A stretch of DNA of 64,000 nucleotides from Mytilus edulis (taxonomy: Eukaryota). The notes under the pieces were generated by a model. That model saw nothing but the letters and a program-made list of their open reading frames with translations, searched no databases and was not told the origin of the DNA. The DNA lies in contig NC_092348.1 in the NCBI RefSeq assembly GCF_963676685.1, positions 90,644,001 through 90,708,000 on the forward strand, read 5' to 3'. This document shows, one piece after another, positions 26,868 through 41,300 of the stretch (position 1 is the first letter of the stretch; every line of letters begins with the position of its first letter). Position numbers and translations under genes: made by a program.

Positions 26868-27392
26868 CGTTTTAAATCGAGTGGTGTCCTTGACATCAGG
26901 TTACATGTCAAACCAACTGAAACGTATCAGTACCTCCCAATTACAAGTGCACATCCTAAACATACTTTTAGAAGTATTATTACAGGTGAAACAATTCGTC
27001 ACATAAGAAACAATAGCAACGAAACTGATCTCAACAAACATCTTCTGACTTTGGAGAATAAACTTATAGATAGAGGCTATGATAAGTTGGAAACGGCAAA
27101 AAACATTAAAGATGTGAAATACAAGATTAAACGATGCAGTACTCTGTCAGATAATTTTAGACAAAGGGAAATTCCACTTACACTAGTAACTAAATATAAC
27201 CCTACAGTTATAAATCTTAACAGAGCTATTAAGAAGCATTGGCAAATTTTGCAAAGAGATGAATATTGTAAAACAATATTCAAACAGATGCCTATCATTG
27301 CGTATAAACGCAGTAAAAATTTAAAAGAGCACCTAGCAAAAACTAGACTTTTAAATAGGGAGACTTTTGAGAAGGGACCCTTGCTAAAATAA
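26868..27392 (+). mobile_element. 5'-truncated Penelope-like element fragment (RT thumb / linker region)
   Basis: Open frame LDIRLHVKPTETYQYL...SAHPKHTFRSIITGETIRHIRNNS...LIDRGY...KHWQIL...PIIAYKRSKNLKEHL. Confidence 0.75.
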
Positions 27393-28205
27393 AACTTAGC
27401 TAAAAAATCCCGAAACATCGTTAAGTAATTATACATATATTTCTAGTAAAAAAAAGGCAATTAGTCATTACGACTCTATAAAAACGGTGTCAAGTCTTGA
27501 GGTTTAAAAATGTATGTTGGTGATGGGAATCTTTGCATTTGTGGAAAGTTTACCCAAATGTTTGTTAATTTGATTTAAAGGTCATAGGTCAAGGTGATAT
27601 GAAGGTATCAATGGTGTTTGACACACCATCTCAATTTAATACACCTACCAAATATGATAAGTCAATGTCAAAGGATAGATTTATACCCTGGACAAAGCTG
27701 TATGAGAAGAAGAAAAACTACTAAAACAGTATGACTCCCTTCATCTGAAGGGAAGACATTATAACAATGCAAAACATTGAGAAATGACAAAAAATAATAG
27801 AACAAAAATTACAAAACAATGCAATAACCATTGAAGGTCCAACATTTACTCTCAGAAAAACAAATATAACATTGGGTGGGCTGGAAGGGTAAACATGTGA
27901 AGATGACAACTTAAAAACTTTTTTAAAAAACATTTCTAAAACACATATTTTTAAAATAATTATCATTCGTTTATTCACAAAATGCCAATCGAATGACCTC
28001 AGCTTTTTTAAAAAGCTAATCTTGTAGATAATATTTTGGAATTTTACGGGAATCTGTTGTGGCTATTCCGTATCTGATTTATGGTAATTTTGATAGATCA
28101 CACGAACGTTTGGAAGTATATTATAAGTTAGCAGGAAATGTAGCATGTAATCAACATTGACTGAGAAAAAATAAATAAAAATGTGGTGACTTTGAAAATC
28201 AAATT

Positions 28206-29893
28206 ATGGCATCATCGAACATTAGGAGATTCTTAATTGGCCAAGTAATAGCAAAGGGTTCAGAAAGAATACCCTCAGTTCAAGTCCGTGTACCAAAAAT
28301 GGTTCTAGATAAATATCTGTTAATGGTAAGTTATTTTTTTAAGGTTCATGTGGACCCTTTGGTTAAAATGGCCGTATTTTTACCTCAAAATTTACTCCGA
28401 GTACAGACAAACCTGTGCATCTGTAAAAAAATTCCGGCATAGTATGCTCTAGATAAATAAATTTCAAATATGTTTTATGTTTAAGAAAAATAAAAACTTA
28501 CCAAGTTTTTGCAGTGCACTTTTTTTCATTCAAAATAAACTAAGTTGGGAAACAGGTTTGAGAACTTCCCCACAGGTAATAATTAAAGTGAGCGTTTTTA
28601 ATTGACATGGACATTAGATTGACAATAGATACCTGACAATAATTGGTGATTTAAACTGTGTACCTGAGTGGACCATATCAAGGGAAACTCAACTGTTTAT
28701 TAATTTCATCATCTTCTGCAGGGACGAAAAAAAGTACACATCAAAATCCAGTTAAGTTATGAATTTTCTAAATCATACAATGCATTTGAATTCTATTTAA
28801 CTAGGGCATGCTATGCCTCAAAACTTTTCCAGATGCACAGGTTTGTCTGTACACAGAGTTAATTTTGAGGTGAAAATACGGCCAATTTAGCCATAGGGTC
28901 CACATGAACCTTAATTATTTAGATGCAGGTGTTGTAATAAGCTGCTGAGCTAGTCCAAATAATCATGACGTCTAGAAAGGCAATTATATTTTTTTGCTTT
29001 GACTCCTTACATGTACATCAACAGGAAAGCATCAAAGCAAAAAATTAAATAGCCTTCCAAGACATCATAATTATTTGGACTACTGCTGAGCCTGAATTAC
29101 ATGTAATAACAATACTCCCTCTTTCCAAATCGCCTCAATTTTCTGCTAAGACGCCCCACTTTCAACCAACTCACCACACTTTTGAAAAAGTTTCATCTAG
29201 TCCAAATAATTATGAGTCTTGAAAGGCGTCACAGAAAAAAAGATAGCCTTCAAGATGTTGTAATTTTTAGGATTAAGTTTTATTCTGCTAAATTTTGGCA
29301 TAGCACTAAGCAGTAGAAAATATTTCTACCTCTCATATGTAGACCTAGGGTATGAACAGCCCAGTACAGTAGCCAGTACTTAATTACTGATAAGAAGTTT
29401 ATCTAGCAGGAAATCAATCTTCATGAAGCACACTTAAAATGCATGTTAGTGATTAAATATTAATCTAGTTTCTCAATCTAGTCATGCATGTTAATGCTGT
29501 AAAGTATTTACACTACATATAGACTGTCATAACACTTAATTTTGTGACTAAAAAGAGCTGACCCATATTTTTCATCTGAAAATTTTACAAATTATATGTA
29601 TAAATTTATTGTTTATTTGTTCCTTTCAGTATTTCAATCATCCAGACCAGTTCTGGGCAGCAGAAACTCCAGAAACACAAAGTAAAGTGGGAGATATAGT
29701 TAAAATACAAGAACTTGAAGAAAGAGCTAGTCCAACAATAACTCATCAAGTGCATGAACATGTGTTTAAAACAGGAGAAATAAGAGATCCTGTTACTGGG
29801 AAAAGGTGTCGTGGCATGAAATATGTAGACGAAGAATTCAGGGACGCTGTTCAATCCAAAATAGAAAATGAAACCGGAAAATGGTTCTCTTGA
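28206..29893 (+). CDS. MRPS17: Mitochondrial small ribosomal subunit protein S17 (uS17m), 127 aa
   Basis: Exons 28206-28325 and 29630-29893, phase 0, GT-AG. ...IGQVI...VRVPKMVLDKYLLM|YFN...KVGDIV...HVFKTGEIRDPVTGKRC matches MRPS17. Confidence 0.92.
28343..28910. mobile_element. MITE with ~85-bp TIRs and TTAA TSD (Kolobok-like) in the MRPS17 intron
   Basis: GGTTCATGTGGACCC...GGGTCCACATGAACC flanked by TTAA (28339-42, 28911-14). Confidence 0.85.
28951..29082. mobile_element. MITE with TAG..CTA ends and 9-bp TSD (Academ-like)
   Basis: TIR TAGTCCAAATAAT; CTGCTGAGC duplicated at 28942-50 and 29083-91. Partial relatives at ~29198 and ~49466. Confidence 0.8.
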
Positions 29894-32800
29894 CGGTTTT
29901 TAACATAAATAAAATCATCAAACACAATGCACATTATTTAAAAGGCATGAGTTCTAAACTTTTGCTTTCTATTTACTAATTATAACCTTACCCCAACCAG
30001 TTCTATTATGTCCTGTCTATGATGCATGTTGTAGAGTAGCATTATATTTTCTTGTCTGTGCATCCACTGAACATGGACATAAGATGTGTGATTGAGGGCA
30101 TAATTTTGTCCAAAAAAGGGAATATAAAAATGATGATTGGTGAAATTATGTAATTTGTTTTATGGTTGCACTTTGATTTCTATCAAGATGAAATAAAATT
30201 GAAAATGGAAATTGGGAATGTGTCAAAGTGACAACAACCCAACCAAGGAGAAAAAAAAACAGCTGAAGGTCGGCGCCAATAGGCATTCAACACAGCAAGA
30301 AAATTCTTCACCCGCAAGCAGACTTCTGCTGACCCCTAAAGAAAAATGTGTACTAGTTCATCAGTGAAAATGGACGTCAGACTAAACTTCAAAACATATA
30401 AATGAACTAAAAAAAAAAGATTTACCAGACTAACAATGACAAGAGGTTCCTGACTTGGGACAGGTGCAAAAATAAAGCATACATGACATACATGTACATG
30501 TAACATATGAAGATTCTGAAGAAAAAAATCAGTTTTTAACTTTAGAATGTAGCATATGAAGTGTTTTTCTTTTACTGGTACATGTAGTTTTGAAATAATG
30601 GAATGAAACACCATAATGGGGACATTACAATTTGTTTGTAAGGTTAGTTCTGCGGCTAAGTTAAATACAGAAGGATGCCAGTTCTATCTTGAATAGTTTT
30701 AGAACATCTTTGAGATTAGTGGTCATTTTCAGACTTTATTTGGTCCCTCTTCATACTTGACATTATTATTACCTTTATATCTTTTTACCTGTATTAAACT
30801 AAGTGTAATGTTCTTTACTCATGTTATAATAAGAGTTGCTATGAAAAAGTAGCTGCTTATGATGTCAACCAATATTCATTTATTTGTTCACTTGATTTTA
30901 AATAAATAATGTTTGCAGTGTAATTTTAAAGCTGTTTGAAGTCAGTGATATAATACAAGTAAATTTAATATTGCAAAGTTGATAGTCCACATTTTTTTGC
31001 CTTTCTACTCTTCTTGAAAAGTCCAGTTCACAGGGAAAATATATTTTTGCCAAGTTTTCCAAACATTCTTTATGTTAGAAAAAAAAACATGTACATGACG
31101 TTATCTGCAGTATAGTTGTGCTCCAAAACTTATCAAACTTATTGATCAGACAAACATCGAAGCTGGACTATGTGCAAACATTGTGAGAATGATTCAAGAT
31201 GAATGTGTAAAAAATGTACCATTCCTGCTTGTTCCAGTTTCTATTGACGTCTTTAAAGAAGATTGGGGATGATCATCTGTTTTTGCATATAAATAACAAG
31301 AATTCATTCTGGAAACCTTTTGAATTGTGGCAAAACAACCTTGACATATTTAGAGGAAGAACTCTTACACTTTGGACCAAGTTGTGCAAATATTAACAAA
31401 ATTAGACTGGAATCGTAACTCTTTTTCCATAGAAAAAATATCTGGATTTTTAATTTGTACTTGCTGCAATCAGGCTACATACATGTATGTATAAATGTGG
31501 TGTTGCAAATATTATTTTATGGTCAATGGTGTTCGTATTATAAATTACACTATAGTATGTCCAATGTAGTGTTGTATTCATTAAAGATGTCACACATTAA
31601 ACATAATCTGTTATCAGTAAAGAAAACTGAATATTTTTTTTGTAGAATCAATGGATTCCTGTCTCCAGGCTAAACACATATTACTGAAAATTATGACTCC
31701 TACAAGATATCACAAGAGGTTTCAGAATCTCATTTTAGATTGGAACAATTTTGCCCACTATTAAGTATTCCTCATATCTATATAAACTGCACATCCAGAA
31801 GAGGAAACTGAGATAAGAAGACAAATGTTCTGCTGTTGTTTAAAACGTTAAAAAAAATGTCATGGTGATGCACGTTTTGTATTCTGTGCCAACTAAACAG
31901 CTGCAAACTAAAGATGTAACCTGTTAAAATTTTAAACTTTGATTAATTTGATCACACTCAGTAGAGCAAGGGAGACATTGAAGAGTGTCAAAATAGAGTG
32001 TTACCATGTATTTCTATAGTCCTGAACATGCATGAAATGTTTGTCACTGGACGATAAGCAACGTCATTTAATCAAATAATTCCAGACGAGTTTTGTTACA
32101 CACGCTTCCAAGAACTTCCATCAGAATCAAATTTTTCCAAGTCAATAAATTAATCGACATCCAATCTCCCAAAAACGAAAAACAATGTTCTATTAGACGA
32201 AGTTCCACTCTTCGGACTGGTACGCTAAAATGTGGTGGGGTTAAACCAGTACTTGGAATATAGATTTCCCTCGTTTTTTGTCGCGATTAGTAGATTTACG
32301 AAAGAAGTATTAACTGAACTCCCAGATAAATTTAAAGAGGAGGAATTCCATAAAAACTGCCAAATAAAACTTTATCAAATTAATAAAGTAAGTCAAAGTA
32401 AATGTTTATTATAGTGACATGTGTAATAACAGTTTAACAAAATACAAATATTTTAGATAAACAATAAAATACACCCGACCCATTGGGTCTATAAGTCACT
32501 TAATATAAACTAATGGAAAACATCTATCATATTCCTGACTTGTACAGGCATTTTAGCGGATTAAACCTTATTTTCATATCTAGCAGAACTTCCCACATGC
32601 ATTATAGGTGCATGTGTGTAGTTCTGTTGTGTTGACAATTTGTCTGAGCAAGCAAAACAGATAGAATTTGTATATGTTTCAACAGTTAAAATCCACAAGT
32701 TAAACTGAATAGACATGCATCCCAGACATACAACACATCTGACTACAAATTTTATACAAACTTTGAAAGAAATTTCACATAGAAACAACCAAACAAATAA

Positions 32801-33479
32801 GCATTGCAGTTGGTTGTAAACCTCACAGAGACGTTAACAAAAAATGGTGTGTGGTGATAGCAAATTGGAAGACCCAAACAAACAAGATTTTGTAGTTTAT
32901 CTGACAAAAAAACCCAACTCAAGAGCTTTTGTATTCAAAATTATGTCCAACTGAAATTGCATTTTGTTTTAAAAAAAAAAATGTTCAACTGTTTAGAAAC
33001 ATTTAATGTTAACAAACTGCTATAGAAAACCACGTGAAAGTGTAAGGTGATAAAATAAAGCATACTTACATTCATATAAGACTTCAATTCCACTTCAATA
33101 ACATGAATAATGTTAGAAAAAATCACTGAGTCAACAATTTTATACAATTTTTAGTGTACTAATCGTAATTTTGAATTGATATAAGAATGTCTAAACTAAA
33201 CTTTCATTAATGCATTTTCTTTCGAGATGTCTTCTATATTCGGAAGAATCAGACATAATTTGAATTAAAATTTTTACATTCAGCAAACTACTAATTTATC
33301 AGTGACTGCTGTGGATAGGCTTGAGTAAACTTGGAATTTAAAGCAGGGACGGATCCAGGATTTTGAAAAGATGGGGCGAAGATTTTCTAAAATATTTGGA
33401 CCTTTTTATGGCTAAAAAATATAAAATAAGTGTAACATGCACTTTTTAAACGGTCCTTGACGTGGGACATGTATATTTT

Positions 33480-33644
33480 CAGGGGCGGATCCAGCCATTT
33501 TAAAAAAGGGTGGGGGGGTTCCTAACCCAGGACAAAGGGGGGTTCCAATTACATGTCACCATTCAAATGCATTGATCGTCAAAAAAAAGGGGGATTCCAA
33601 CCCCCGGAACCCCCCCACCCCACCCCCCTCTGGATCCGCGCCTG
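33480..33644. mobile_element. Short GC-rich MITE; relative at ~36954-37094
   Basis: Inverted ends CAGGGGCGGATCCAG / CTGGATCCGCGCCTG. Confidence 0.65.
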
Positions 33645-36600
33645 ATTTTATATAGTTGCTGTAATGTGTAAGGGTTTGATATTTTTATGCTGTATTCTCT
33701 CTATTAATTGTCTATCATTAGATAATAGTATAGATCCAAAGTTATGTACTGATATATCAAGTTGACTTGTCAGTTAAAAATAGACATGGAAAATTCTCGT
33801 TTGTTGTATGTTAAGTTAGCAGAACCTCACAGATTTCTTGATGTAAACAAGATATATAAGCCGGGCTGGGCTATTCGATGAAAAATACAATACGACCGAC
33901 ACGAGTTAAAAAAGACAAAATAGCAATTTTATCCAAATTTCCGGTTGACATGTTTCACCCAACAAAATGAAGGGAAGTGAGGGATTCCAAATCAACCAAA
34001 AGCTACGAATGTGTCTGAAATGACAACGAATTTATGAATGACGGCCGACAAATGGAGACATAAAGGCCTCATGCAGCAGGCAGGTTGCAGTCTGGTCTTG
34101 AAAGAAGTATTCAATAAAAAATAAAAAAAAATCAACATAAGAAAAGAAGACACAGATTTCGCAAATCTATGCTATTGCGAAGACAACATGTTTACAGTTT
34201 GTTTTAAAGGTCTTTTAACAGAGAAATATGGGTTAAACAACGAACCTCTGAGATAGTTTTGCTGCTATACATGCGCATACGTTATTTTCGATTCAATCGT
34301 ACTAGTTTAAACCGATCTCTGCGTTCACATCTAAAGTAAGATCGGTTTACTTTAGATCGATTCAAACTAAACTACCTCTTTTGGTGTTTTAGTTTAGACC
34401 GATTGAAGATCGATTCAATGCGTTCACATAAGCTCTTAAACCGATCTAAAGTGAACCGGTCTAGTTTAAATCGATAAAATGTCCTAGTGTGAACGGGGTC
34501 TAATGCATATCTTTTCTTCTACTGAATTCATATATGTGCTTATTCAATATTTAAGCTGCTATATTTAACTGTATTATGTACTTAATGTTGTATGTATTTT
34601 TGTCCGTTTTCTATTTGTATGAATAGTTTTTGAAGGCCTCATGGAAGATTAACATGTAATTGTTAAATGTGTTACCTTCGTTAAATAAAGAATTTTATTA
34701 TTATTATTAATATCTCAGGTCGGCGAAACATACATTCTGGTCAATAGATACTTCCAGGTATTTTTGTTTTTAGGCAAAAATCATAATCAGATTTTTTTCT
34801 CTCAAATATCTCACACTGCCTTCTCAAATTAAATGGTTCGTACCTTAGACTTTAAATCTATCTAGAGCTTATACTGACTGGGGATCATTATTCAGCGATG
34901 TCAATTTCTTACGGCGGACAAACAAGGAACACATGCATAGTAATGATTTTATATTAGAAAAGGAAAACTTGGTCGACTCCAAGAGGGGCCATTTTAGTAT
35001 ATTTGGCCATGAAGGCACATCGGACATATAGCCTCCTTTTTATTTGGTGTTGCAGTTGTTTGTGTTATAAAATTTGCTTAATATTTCATTTTATACATGC
35101 TCTCATGCTCTTACATCCTCCCCGAAACAATCTTTTGATTTGTCGACTCTTTTCCTCTTATGCATGGTTTCCACCGCAATTATTGTAAAATGGAATTGAC
35201 AAGAGAGCGAACACTCTAAATATTAATAAGGGAACATAAGTTGCTAAATTAAACAATCTACATTCTTTCCACTATTATAGTTTCATAACACAGCAAAAAT
35301 AGCTCGGTGAGTCCATGACCACATGTGCGACGATATTGGCATTATCCAGAACAGATAGTGACGTTGTCGTCTTTTTGATTGTGTCGTACTGTAACCTTGA
35401 CGTTGACTCTATGGTGTATGAGAGGAAATCTCTGTCGAACGTTTTCAGCATGTAAGTAATGTCTATATAACACTAATAATAATGACAAATTCTTTATTTA
35501 AAGAGGGTAATGCCTTTCTTTGTTCTACTTTTGATAAACACTTACGTTTTAAAGGTATACAGATTCGATTTTATATTAAAAAGCAATTCAAACAAAGATA
35601 TCGGATCTTTTTCCTATTAACTACGATAATTTGGGGGATTTTCTTGGACAATATAAAAAAAAATGATTTGAAGAGATGGTAAATAAACAAGTTTGGAACA
35701 AAGATACAAGTTTGGCTAAAGTAGGAAATATAAAAATTGCCTCTTCACAGCCATTCTTTTTTATTTTCCATTGTTGGGTTGCTGTCTCAATGACTCATAA
35801 TTATGTTTCCTTTGTTGATATGTAACACAATTTAGTGTTATATTTTTAAAATTAATCAACTTGGGCCTTTTTAAAATGTTTTAACAACATGTCATAGGAG
35901 TTGCATATCTTAAAGAGTCAGTGTAGCATCTGAATTTTTGACGATATTTTTAGAAGATTGATTCGAAGAAACTACTTTCATATAACCAGAAATGTAAACG
36001 TATATGAAATTAAGGATTTGTATAGTAAGCAAGTACTTGTACAGTAATCCTTGTTGAAGTTATCGCAAATATACTGCTTTTAATATGTGCAGAATAAATT
36101 TGTAGTATGTAGTTTCATTGTATCTCTGACGCATGATTTTGATTGCTGGTATAATAGTTGAAAATATCATTGTCATTTCGTTCTCACCCTAAATAGGTTT
36201 GAAATATTTGCCACTGGACGTCAAGCTAACAATAGTTAACCACATTCTTAAAAGCAGAGATAGTTGAGAACTGATATGCATATTTAAATTTTAATGAGTA
36301 AACCCAAAACCCTTATTAATTACCCACTTTAGATTTAGATTTTAGCTTGTCATTGTCGAGCCTGCAATTTCGAAAAAGCTTAATATTTCAGAAGGTAGAA
36401 GACCTTGATTCTTTCTTTTTTGTATACTGATGCCTTATGTTACAGAAAATTCCGTCTGTCATATGTCCATTGTCCTTGACCTCATATTCATGATGTTCCA
36501 TGATTACTTGAAAAAAAAGTTAAGATTTTGAGTATTTTGACTTCAACCACATTTCATGGATCAATGAACAAGGTTACGTTTTCGTGGTTAATTCCATTTC

Positions 36601-38365
36601 TCGGATACTATAATCAATAGGTCTACTATATCATTTGGTGTATGGAATGATTGTGAGGTGTACATGTCCAACTGACTTCGACCTCATTTTCATGGCTCAA
36701 TGATTATAGAAAGAGTTTTTGTGTTTTGATCTGTTTTTCTAACATTGTTCGCAAAAGGTCAACTATATCTAGTGTATGAAAATATTTTATGACTTACATG
36801 TCAGTTTGGCATGTTTTATTTGACCTCGACTTCATTTTCATGGTTCATTACTCATGTTAAGTTTTTGGTTATGTTTTTTCTTGTAAGTAATAGGTCAACT
36901 ATATTAAGTGTATGGAATGATTGTAAGGTTTATATGTTTGTCTAAATATTATCCAGAGGCGGATTTAGGGGGGAGCCCAGGCCCCCCCTTTTTGGGAAAA
37001 AAATTGGTTGCTTATATAGGGAATCTTTGAAGCGTGCCCCCTCTTAGGTCAGTCAGTGGGCCCCCACTTATGAAAATTTCTGGATCCGCAACTGTTATCA
37101 TCTGACCACAGCCTAATTTTCATGGTTCATTGGTCAACCTCAAGTTTTCCTGATACTATACACAATAGGTCAACTATATTTCAAGCATGTGATGATTCTA
37201 AGGTGTGCAGGTCTGTCTGGTAGGGTACATCTGACCTTGACCTCATTTTCATTGTTCATTGATCAATGTTAAGTTTTTGTGGTTGAGTTTGTTTCTTAAT
37301 ATACAATGTGCAAAAGGTCAGCAGTGTTTAAAGCACATTTTTGTATGGAATGATTGCAAGGTGTACATGCATTTCCAGTTGGTTTATCTTATCTTGACCT
37401 CATTTTCTTGAATAATGTTAAGTTTGCTATATATACTGTTACAGCACTGTCCTAGGTTCTGGAAAGGAAATGGGTGCTAGCAAAAATGTTCAACTCTGCC
37501 ACATTCAGTATGCGCCTATCCCAAGTCAGGAGCCTGTAAATCAGTGGTTGTCGTTTATTGCTGTATATTACATTTAGTTTTTTTTCTTTTGTTTTGCACA
37601 TACATGTAACTCAGGCCCTTAGTTTTCTGGTTTGAATTATTTCACATTTGTCATTTTGGTGCCTTTTATAGCTTACAATGTGGTGAACGATAGATGTGAA
37701 CTGTTACATCTTGGTTTCTTGTGAAGAGTTGCCTGATTGGCAATCATACGACATTAGATTTTATATTATTCTTTACTGCCACACACTGCCAAGAGAACAC
37801 TTCCAACAACCAAGTAAAATATGATATGAATTCAAACCCAGTACATTAAATTTGATGGGCTACGAATTCAGTTTACATGCATCAGATTCAGCTATGATCT
37901 TGATTATCATATAACTTACTAGGTATCAATTTATTTCTTATAATTACATGGACAATTGCTTATATTACAGCAGGTACTATTAAATTATTGCCTTGCAAAA
38001 AATAAGAATGACGGATATCATCGATATAGTGATTGTATATACTGGTGCATATACATGTACATGTATTTCTTTTTTTCATCCAGAAATTGTGGAAAAACAA
38101 ATAAATACCCAAATGAACACTTTATCCTTTATTACAATGTATACAAGTTACTACAGATCTTGTATTCACATAACTTGTGGTTCAACAAAACAGATATGTC
38201 CTTTTTTTTGGACAAGCCTCAAAAACAGATGTGTACATTCACATTTTAAGGTTTCTGTTTTTATTAATTCAAAGCTGCCTTCACTGTAGTTCAACAGACA
38301 TTAAAGTTTTTTTTCTGTGTTTTAATTACTGCTGACCATAGTTCTATATAATTATTCCAACAGAA

Positions 38366-41300
38366 TCAAATAGCCAGTGCATCACTTTGTATTTCATGAC
38401 TGAGTTGGGTTTGTAGATCACTGAGTTTTTTCTTCAGCACGGATAACGTTGAAAACATAATATTCTCAGGTCTCAGTGAACCACAGGATTCAACATTGTA
38501 GAAAAATTTGTTTGCTTTCCCAAGAGGATTTGGTTCTGCTTGTACTGAAACAGAAAAAACAAAATTATTGAGATTTAAATTTAGATGTACTAAATTACAA
38601 TGGAGAGAGAAAAACATATTGGGTTTAATGCCCCTTTTTATACATACTAGAAGACAGTCATTGGAAGGTGAATATAATTATATGTTTATTTTCGTATTAC
38701 ATTTCTTAATAACACTATTTGTCAGTAATTAACGCCACAAGAAACTCCTTCCATATTTGTTTTAAAATAATTTTTTTAAGTGTTATACAAATTTTATTTT
38801 GATAACTTTCACTGTGATGTGATGTGACTTTTTGATTTGTTTTTGGTCAAATTTTAAGTCATTTTAGTATATACATGTACACTCTAGTATATTATTTTTT
38901 AGATCTGTTGTTTTAATATGAAAAGTTCTTTCTAGAACATTATTGTAACTCCAGACGAGTCAGTCTTAGCTCGTTCCCCCGTGTGTTGGGCAGAAAACAG
39001 CAAATACAAATAATAATGTCTTTGATTAGACCTCCTAACAGATTAAAATACTAGACTTTTGTCATCTACAAGTATTTCACACTGAGAAAACTGTACAAAA
39101 CTACATATTAAGGTGGTACCCAACACTTTAACTAAAATTAATTTGGCTCGTTTAATTTTCTTCAAATTTTGAAAAAGTATTTACTTTGACCCTTTAACAA
39201 AAATATAAAAAAAATCAAAATATTTGAACCAACCGTTTTAACAGAAAAATTACACTGGTTATATAGCAGTTTGACAAAAACTTATTTTGATCTTTGAAAA
39301 GCTTGATTTTCCCTCAACAACACAACGTCATTAAAACGTTTAGCTGATTTTACAGAGTTCTCTCCCTGTAGTGTTAGGTACCACCTTAATGAAGTTTGAT
39401 ATTATACATACTTTCGTCTTCTTCAAGTTCTGTGTACTCACTCTTTGGCCTGTAATAATCATAGTGATTCAATTAATGTCAATTATAAAAGTATTTAATG
39501 TGATTATGCTATGAACTTTTACTTGAACAGGTCATAGCCTTTTTCTTAAAACTAGATACTAAACTGAGAATTCAGAAATTATTGAGGGCATTTATTATTG
39601 CTATTTTTCGAAAATGGAAAAAAATATGAGATCAATTATTGTGATTTTAGAAAAATCTACATACAGATCTATCGTAAGGTATAGAAATGTGAGTTCTTTT
39701 TATTACAATACTCACTTGAGTTGCATTATTTGCATTAATCAAAACCTCGCAATCATTTCGGAATTTACTGTATATAAATGGTTTAATGTGACTGTGCTGA
39801 ACTTTTATTTAAACAGGTAATAGCCTTTTTTTTTAAATGGATACTATACCTAAAGACTGGCAGTGTGTAATAATTTTCAGTACTGTAAATTCAGAAATTA
39901 TTGCGTCCTTTTATTATTGCCATTTTGTCATTTTAATCTTTATGATTGTGCCAAAAATCCTGTTTAATTCATATAAAATATTTCAAAAAGCAGGTTTAAA
40001 TTATTGCGTTTACAACTCTGTCGCATTTTTCGCAATAATAAAAACCTCGCAAAAATTTCTGAATTTACAGTACATGAAATTTTTTGTGGAAATACACCAA
40101 CCAGATTAGATATCTATATGTTTAAAGTAAAATTACTTTGATGTTAGAATACTTAACATTTTTGTATGAAAAGTTTTGGTCCTATAGAATTAAACGAGGT
40201 TCATGATGGACCATTTTAGGTCAATTTTTTACAAAATCATATATAGATATAGTAAGATGTGGTGTGAGTGCCAATGAGACAACTCTCCATACAAATAACA
40301 ATTTAAAAAGTAAACCATTATAGGTTAAAGTACGGCCTTCAACACGGAGCCTTGGCTCACACCGAACAACAAGCTATAAAGGGCCCCAAAATTACTAGTG
40401 TAAAACCATTCAAACGGGAAAACCAACGGTCTAATCTATATAAACAAAACGAGAAACGAGAAACACGTATATATAACATAAACAAACGACAACTACTGTA
40501 CATCAGATTCCTGACTTAGGACAGGTGCAAACATTTGCAGCGGGATTAAACGTTTTAATATGACTATTACAGAAATAAGAATTGACAGTCTTCTTACATG
40601 AGATTTATATTGGTATACTATTATTTGGATATACCTACCATTCTTCTGGTTTTGGATAGATTGTATGTCTCAGTGCATTATCTGGATCATACTCGAAGGC
40701 TACACCACAGGTTGGATTCCACTTAGCATGCTCCTTGGCAAATCCTTTCCTGGCAAAGGCTCTAACTTTCAATTCCTGTCCTTTTCTTAATTTGACTATT
40801 AAGATATCTATAAAAAAAATAAACAATTCCTATTGATGAGAAATTGCTCAGGTGTACTTATGTATGGCCAAGGTGAAGTCTATTAAAGAAATCGCTTGAT
40901 TGTGTATTGTTTATATTGACAAAGTAGGTTTTATCTGGATAGTCCTGCAACGTTATTGTTGTGTTATCTTGGCTGTTGAAGCACATTTATTTATGACATT
41001 TTGAACAATATGCATGAATTATCATTGATTGCAGTAACTTTGTCCTTCTGACCTCTCTTTAAGTAAAATTAATGATATTGTGCTCTTTGAATACTGTAGT
41101 AGAAAATCTGTGACATATTCATTAGGATAGGCGTCAATATTTTCTTTTTGTGTTCTGATGTTTGTGTTCTGATGTTTGTGTTCTTATGTTTGTGTTCTGA
41201 TGTTTGTGTTCTGATGTTTGTGTTCTTATGTTTGTGTTCTTAGGTTTGTGTTCTGATGTTTGTGTTCTGATGTTCATAGTCAATTTTAACTTACCATCTG

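Noticed and set aside
27077-27436. 119-aa minus-strand ORF
   Set aside because: Antisense shadow of the Penelope-like frame.
35280-35460. Short GC-richer stretch open in several frames with splice-like signals
   Set aside because: No recognisable product and no partner exons could be linked.
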